Positions 55,810 through 60,941 of a stretch of 60,941 nt of DNA are shown here, piece by piece (positions within the stretch are counted from its first letter, which is position 1; every line of letters starts with the position of its first letter). The notes beneath the pieces were generated by a model, which saw only the letters and a list, made by a program, of their open reading frames with translations, ran no database searches and was not told where the DNA came from. This DNA comes from an uncultured Bacteroidales bacterium (GTDB lineage Bacteria > Bacteroidota > Bacteroidia > Bacteroidales > FEN-979): contig CAIYES010000181.1 in NCBI GenBank assembly GCA_903925275.1, positions 1-60,941 of the forward strand, written 5' to 3'. Made by a program: the position numbers and the translations under genes.

Positions 55810-58110
55810 ATGGCAATCTCTTCTGTTTTATTGTTAGCGGCCATAATTTTGGTTGCAACATTTATTTTTATCTTTATTTACAGTTCAATCCTGATTGTTG
55901 GCGGGAAAGAGATCAATGTGCTGGAACGCCGTTGGTTCGGCAAGGAGATGCCGAAGGACCGCGTTTTTGCCATGAGCAATGAAATAGGCATACAGGCCAG
56001 GGCCAAGGGGCCGGGTTTGTATTTGCTGATCCCTTTCATTTACAAAACCAAGAAGCAGGAGTTTACAGTAATTGGCAAAGATGAAATCGGTGTGGTGATC
56101 TCTGTTGACGGTAATCCCGTGCCATCAGGGAAAATTTTTGCAAAATCGGTTGACTGCAATTTATTCCAGGATGGTGAACTATTCCTTAAAAACGGGGGTG
56201 AAAAAGGCACCCAGATACAATTCCTGCCTCCCGGGATATATCGTATAAATCCCCTGCTTTTTTCGGTAAGAATTGAGCCGGTGACCATCATCGGTGAAAA
56301 CCAGGTTGGCATCATTGAATCCATCGATGGAGCTCCCATTCCTCCGGGACGCATCTTCGGAAAAGTTGTGAATTGTGATCTTTACCAGGATGGAGACGCA
56401 TTTCTGAAAAATGGCGGCGAAAAGGGTCCCCAGATAAAAACATTGCCTCCGGGAAACTACCGTATTAACCCGCTTTTATTCAAAGTGAAAAGTGTAAATG
56501 TCACCGTTATCGATAAGGGACAAATCGGTATTGTAACCTCACAGGATGGTAAACAGATCAGCGGAGGGCGTTTGCTGGCCAGAACAGTTGACGGACACAG
56601 CAACTATGAAGATGGCGAAGCATTTTTAAACAACAATGGTGAAAAAGGACCCCAGGTTTCAATTTTATTACCCGGAAAATACCGCGTAAATACTGATCTT
56701 TTCAGGGTTGAAATTAAGGAAACTATCATCATCCCTGATCAGAAGGTAGGAATTGTTGTCGCAAGAGACGGGCAACCATTGCCGGAAACCGAATTTGTCG
56801 CCAAACCCATCAGCGGTCATAACAATTATCAGGATGTTACTAAATTTCTTGAAAATGGCGGACAGCGCGGCCCACAGTTCGACGTGCTCAAACCCGGCAC
56901 ATATTATATTAATTCGCTGATGTTCAGTGTCGAACTTGACAGCGTTGCGGTTATTGAACGGGGACAGGTTGCTGTGGTTGTGTCGAATGTCGGAATGGAA
57001 CCACCCCACATCCATGAAATTGCAAAAAAAGTTGCCGAAGCTGAAAAAGCCGATGTCCCGCCTGATGTGAATGTCATTGAAACTCAAAATGCTGAAACCC
57101 GTATTGATGTCGGGATTGAAAGATATGTCGTTCCAAAAGGCTACCGGGGGATTCAGCAGGAGGTGGCCGGTCCGGGGATTTATTATCTGAACCGCCGCGC
57201 CTATATTGCCTATATTGTTGATACCACCAACATCACCATCGATTGGGATGAAGCACAGGAAACCCGCTTTGATCCGTTGAAGGTTGTATCACATGATGGT
57301 TTTGAAATCAGCGTGTCGGTAAAAGTAGTCATCAGGGTTCGTCCCGACCAGGCGCCCTATATGGTTGCCAAGATCGGCTCTATCCAGAACCTTATCGAAC
57401 ATGTGATCCACCCCATGATCGATTCGAGTTTCCGCAACCAGGCCTCGGCAACTTCAGCCATGAACTTTATGCAAAATCGCCATGAAGAACAACAAAAAGC
57501 TGAAGACAGGGCACGCAGGGAACTGGAAAAATACCATGTTGAACTGGTATCTGTCCTGATCTGCCAGATCCAGTTACCCGAAAACCTGATGAAAACGCAA
57601 ACGGAACGTATTATTGCCCAGCAGGAACAGGCGATGTATGTTGAACAGCAGAAAGCACAGCAAACCCGCATCGCGATGGCCAAAACCACGGCAGAAGCCG
57701 ACAAGCAGGTGGATCTCGTCCAATCGGAGATAGAGGTGAAAATTGCAGAAAACCGCAAACAGAAAGCCATCAAAGAGGCCGAAGGCAAGGGAGAGTCAAC
57801 CCGGCTGGAAAAAGCGGGCGAAGCATCGGGTATTGAATCGATCGGGAAGGCAAAAGGTGTTGCGATTCTTGCCGAAGGAACAGCAACGGCTGAAGCATAT
57901 GAAAAACAACGGCAGGCTATCGGACAAGAGGGCGTTATCGCTGTTCAGATTGCCGAAAAACTCGCTTCGGGAAATGTAAAGGTTGTACCGGATACACTTG
58001 TTACAAGCGGAGATGGAGGCACCGGTGGCCTGGGGCAATTGCTTGGCGCTTTTCTGACCAAAAAAATTGTTGAACCTGTTGAAACAAAAAGCGAAGCTTC
58101 AAAATTGTAA
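55810..58110 (+). CDS. Membrane-anchored SPFH/flotillin-like protein with six tandem N-terminal repeats
   Basis: N-terminal TM; repeats ending G.Q...L.PG.Y.IN; SPFH core S.DGF.I...V..R.....AP; AEA-rich coiled coil; TAATTTTG box at 55785-55792. Confidence 0.85.
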   Translation: MAISSVLLLAAIILVATFIFIFIYSSILIVGGKEINVLERRWFGKEMPKDRVFAMSNEIGIQARAKGPGLYLLIPFIYKTKKQEFTVIGKDEIGVVISVDGNPVPSGKIFAKSVDCNLFQDGELFLKNGGEKGTQIQFLPPGIYRINPLLFSVRIEPVTIIGENQVGIIESIDGAPIPPGRIFGKVVNCDLYQDGDAFLKNGGEKGPQIKTLPPGNYRINPLLFKVKSVNVTVIDKGQIGIVTSQDGKQISGGRLLARTVDGHSNYEDGEAFLNNNGEKGPQVSILLPGKYRVNTDLFRVEIKETIIIPDQKVGIVVARDGQPLPETEFVAKPISGHNNYQDVTKFLENGGQRGPQFDVLKPGTYYINSLMFSVELDSVAVIERGQVAVVVSNVGMEPPHIHEIAKKVAEAEKADVPPDVNVIETQNAETRIDVGIERYVVPKGYRGIQQEVAGPGIYYLNRRAYIAYIVDTTNITIDWDEAQETRFDPLKVVSHDGFEISVSVKVVIRVRPDQAPYMVAKIGSIQNLIEHVIHPMIDSSFRNQASATSAMNFMQNRHEEQQKAEDRARRELEKYHVELVSVLICQIQLPENLMKTQTERIIAQQEQAMYVEQQKAQQTRIAMAKTTAEADKQVDLVQSEIEVKIAENRKQKAIKEAEGKGESTRLEKAGEASGIESIGKAKGVAILAEGTATAEAYEKQRQAIGQEGVIAVQIAEKLASGNVKVVPDTLVTSGDGGTGGLGQLLGAFLTKKIVEPVETKSEASKL

Positions 58111-58111
58111 A

Positions 58112-58531
58112 ATGGCCGAACATCAAAAAAAGAGACATTTTCTCAATATGCCTAAATACCCGGGTGGAACTGAGGCTTTCAAAAATTTTATCGCCGAGAA
58201 CGTACGCTATCCGCAGGCTGCCCTTGAAGCCAATGTGGAAGGTGTCGTTGTGGTTGAATATGACATTCACGACACCGGAGTTGTTCAACATCCTCGAGTG
58301 CTGAAAGGATTGGGTTATGGATGCGATGAAGAGGCCATGCGGGTTGTGGGATTGCTCCGGTTCGAAAAGGTAAAAAACAGAGGGGTAAGGGTTAAATTGA
58401 CAACCAAAACAGCCATCAACTTCAAGCTCCCTCCCGGGGTAAGGATCACATATACCTCAGCCGAAAAGAAGGAACCAGAGAAGCAGGAGGAGGAGAAACC
58501 GGTTGCCTATACATACACCATAGAATTGTAG
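58112..58531 (+). CDS. Standalone TonB C-terminal domain protein
   Basis: P.YPGG, YPQAA...VEG.V and GLGYGCDEEA.RVV; no TM; ATG 58112 one base after the SPFH stop. Confidence 0.8.
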   Translation: MAEHQKKRHFLNMPKYPGGTEAFKNFIAENVRYPQAALEANVEGVVVVEYDIHDTGVVQHPRVLKGLGYGCDEEAMRVVGLLRFEKVKNRGVRVKLTTKTAINFKLPPGVRITYTSAEKKEPEKQEEEKPVAYTYTIEL

Positions 58532-58661
58532 GGACGCGACCCGCATTTGTCTTTGCCAACCAGATTTTTTAATGACGAGGCAGCGGGATACCGGCATGCC
58601 GAAACAGTGAAATGAACTTCAAAATTAGTACTTTTGCCGCAGTGTAATCTATCTACGAACG

Positions 58662-59600
58662 ATGAAGCATATCCGGTCAATTTCAATTTTATTCGCGCTG
58701 ACGCTATGTATGTATGCCCTGCCTTCTTCCGCCCAGGAAAAGGGGCCCGGCTCCAATGTGAAGGAAAAGATGAAGAACGGGAAAGAGGATCCATGGGCAG
58801 ACTATCAGGAGGAGAAGGACTCGGTGAGCAGGTGGACCTGTGGCATCAACTTCGGTGGCTATTTCGCAAATAAATATTCGGCAAACTTTTACAACGGCAC
58901 CCCGGAAAACATCAACAGTGTTGAGTTTGTGATGTCAAATATATATTGGTATCGTGAGATAAAATTAGCCCTGGATGCTGCAGATACAGTGGTTGTTCTG
59001 GGCTATCCCACCAACATGCATTATCAGGTCGCCATTACGGCGGGGGTATATCTCCGGTTCAACTTTAACCGTAAAAACGGGATCTTCCTGCAAGCCAATT
59101 ACGCCCAGTTAAAAGCCGAAGATGTAGTGACCATGCAGGTGGATCCGACAGATTATCTTACGCTTCCTGATATCCGCCAGATACCGGTCGCAGGCAGAGA
59201 AGATAGAGCCATGCTTGACATTGGATTTCAGCGGTCGTTCCTTACCAAATCGAAGATATATTTCTTTGTGAATGGCGGGATAATCATGTGCTATTCCCAT
59301 GTGAGGAAATCAGTAATGGTCGTGGAAGGCCAGGAATATAACCTTATCAACGTCTATGGAAGCAATGGATACATTCCTAATTCCAACAGCCAGGTGTTCA
59401 ACACAAGCCAATATGCAATAGGTTATGGGTTGGCCATCGGAGGCGGCGTCGGCCTTCCGCTTTCAGATATTTTTGCGCTGGAACCCGGGGTCACCATGCA
59501 ATACTATCCGGTAAATCTTCAGGGTTACCCTGCTTACAAACCCTGTTTCAGCGTTTATTTACGGATCCTGCTTGGATTCAGCCGCGGAAAAGTGACCTGA
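58662..59600 (+). CDS. Putative outer-membrane beta-barrel protein
   Basis: Signal peptide; alternating aromatic beta strands; TACTTTTG box at 58629-58636. Confidence 0.6.
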   Translation: MKHIRSISILFALTLCMYALPSSAQEKGPGSNVKEKMKNGKEDPWADYQEEKDSVSRWTCGINFGGYFANKYSANFYNGTPENINSVEFVMSNIYWYREIKLALDAADTVVVLGYPTNMHYQVAITAGVYLRFNFNRKNGIFLQANYAQLKAEDVVTMQVDPTDYLTLPDIRQIPVAGREDRAMLDIGFQRSFLTKSKIYFFVNGGIIMCYSHVRKSVMVVEGQEYNLINVYGSNGYIPNSNSQVFNTSQYAIGYGLAIGGGVGLPLSDIFALEPGVTMQYYPVNLQGYPAYKPCFSVYLRILLGFSRGKVT

Positions 59601-59661
59601 CATGAGATGCATGATGCTGCCATGCATTTGATTCCAGGCAGCATCGCGCTAACGATGATGC

Positions 59662-60531
59662 TTATTGTTTCCTCAACGTGATCTTTGAAGTCGCCCCAAT
59701 CGCATATTTGCCTGAAAAATTTCCATAATTGACAGCCAGTTCCAGTCGTTTTGAACTGTTGATAAAACATACATTATCGCCTACCGGAACCGAGGAATAG
59801 GATTCTCCCATGGTGATAACCAAAAGGGTAGTATCACATGTGAGCTTCAGCACCGTACCGATTGGGGTATTTGTCATCAGGTCGGCCGGAATGTTGGTAC
59901 TGCAGTTGCCAAAGTTATCCGTAAATAAAACCTCCCCTTTTATTGTATCTCCCAAGATTTCAGGATCCTGCACCTCAAATTTTTGAGGATTGGCGCAATC
60001 CGGTCCGAAACCTGAGACTGGTGTTCCTGAAAGCATGGAAAGAATAGCCCGCTTATAGAATTCTTCAAATGACAGATCGCCGGGAAGTGCGCCTCCCAGC
60101 ACCTGCGGATTTTCGATGAAGTAACATTGTACCGAAGGATAGTTGTTCAGAATACGGGTAGAGAGCATGTTGTCGGGAGCCAGGATAAATTTATTATCCG
60201 CCTGGTATATGATGCGTTTGCTCGATGCACCGGGTTCAACAATACCGGCAACATAGGTTCCTTTCGGATAATTCATCATCGCCACCGACAGCAGATATGA
60301 TCCTTCAAAAACATCAAATGCTTTAGCCTTAAAATATTGTATCTGCACATCGGGATATGCAGCCCTTACTGCCCCTAAAATACCGATGATAATGTCGCTG
60401 CCGGGATCATTATCGGAAATGATCAAAAGCGTTTTTGCCGTTTCATGATAATATACCGTTTCTGTTTTTTTGCAGGCTGTGACCAGCAGGATTGGTATAA
60501 GAAAGAGGCAAAGGAAAATACGGATATTCAT
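59662..60531 (-). CDS. Lipoprotein of the SAM-dependent chlorinase/fluorinase / SAM hydrolase (DUF62) family, degenerate
   Basis: Lipobox VTAC; IVEPG, LAPDN, GEVLFTDNFGN..TNI and INSSKRLELAVNYGN. Confidence 0.75.
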   Translation of the reverse strand: MNIRIFLCLFLIPILLVTACKKTETVYYHETAKTLLIISDNDPGSDIIIGILGAVRAAYPDVQIQYFKAKAFDVFEGSYLLSVAMMNYPKGTYVAGIVEPGASSKRIIYQADNKFILAPDNMLSTRILNNYPSVQCYFIENPQVLGGALPGDLSFEEFYKRAILSMLSGTPVSGFGPDCANPQKFEVQDPEILGDTIKGEVLFTDNFGNCSTNIPADLMTNTPIGTVLKLTCDTTLLVITMGESYSSVPVGDNVCFINSSKRLELAVNYGNFSGKYAIGATSKITLRKQ

Positions 60532-60847
60532 GGGATGAGTTTAGGTTTGTTCAACTATAGATTGTTTGGCAACCAGCAAATCAACGGAATTAACTTTATC
60601 GTATCCGGCGTATATGCTGAGGGATTATTTGCCCTGCGGGTTAATGGGGATTATTCAGTCCTTCTGCCTTATGAAATCGCTGTGTTCGTTGTTCGAATTG
60701 CAAATTAACAATAATTATCTGAAAATTGGGATTATTATAAATGACCGTAACCAACAGGCAGCTTAGGATCAAGAGGAAAATCTGGGGGATTACATTTGAA
60801 ATTGAAATCGACTTGGTGAAATGAAAATGAAAAATCACTGCAATCTT

Positions 60848-60920
60848 AGAACCCCATAGGGGTGATATCTTTGTAGCAGGAGAAAAATGAACCATTTCCA
60901 GAGCCCCATCGGGGCGACAT
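60848..60920. repeat. REP doublet of short hairpins
   Basis: ACCCCATAGGGGT-GATAT (60851) and GCCCCATCGGGGC-GACAT (60903). Confidence 0.65.
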
Positions 60921-60941
60921 AGTTGTTGAATCTGTAGAAGA

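Noticed and set aside
60566-60895. Short ORFs at the right end
   Set aside because: No motifs; they overlap REP hairpins and probable regulatory DNA

Overview
This is a chromosomal window from a Bacteroidota bacterium, probably an anaerobic environmental Bacteroidales. The evidence is T9SS C-terminal sorting domains, many TAnnTTTG -7 promoter boxes and an ECF-FecR-TonB-receptor-DUF4249 cassette. The main block (32.5-53.6 kb) is an anaerobic purine/urate catabolism cluster: mocA-like, xdhC, a single-chain XdhAB fusion, ygeY, ygeW, hydA, ssnA, a Se-dependent xdh, ygfK and guaD. It lacks ygeX/dpaL and carbamate kinase and instead carries two other fold-type II PLP enzymes. The most novel-looking element is at 0.8-4.3 kb: an NCS2 nucleobase permease fused to a degenerate anti-sigma-kinase-like (GHKL) domain, followed by a 5TMR-LYT/PP2C phosphatase and a STAS protein. 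This is a candidate transporter-coupled partner-switching system. Other highlights are REP-like palindromes inserted in frame into SsnA, YgfK and the ECF sigma factor; an SPFH protein with six tandem repeats in a vault-like layout; a duplicated 29-bp probable ECF promoter; a structured leader upstream of a Ni/Co ECF transporter; an exported degenerate SAM-hydrolase (DUF62) lipoprotein; and a GMP-reductase-like gene. I saw no rRNA, tRNA, CRISPR array or intact transposase. All family calls come from motif recognition by eye, not from database searches.
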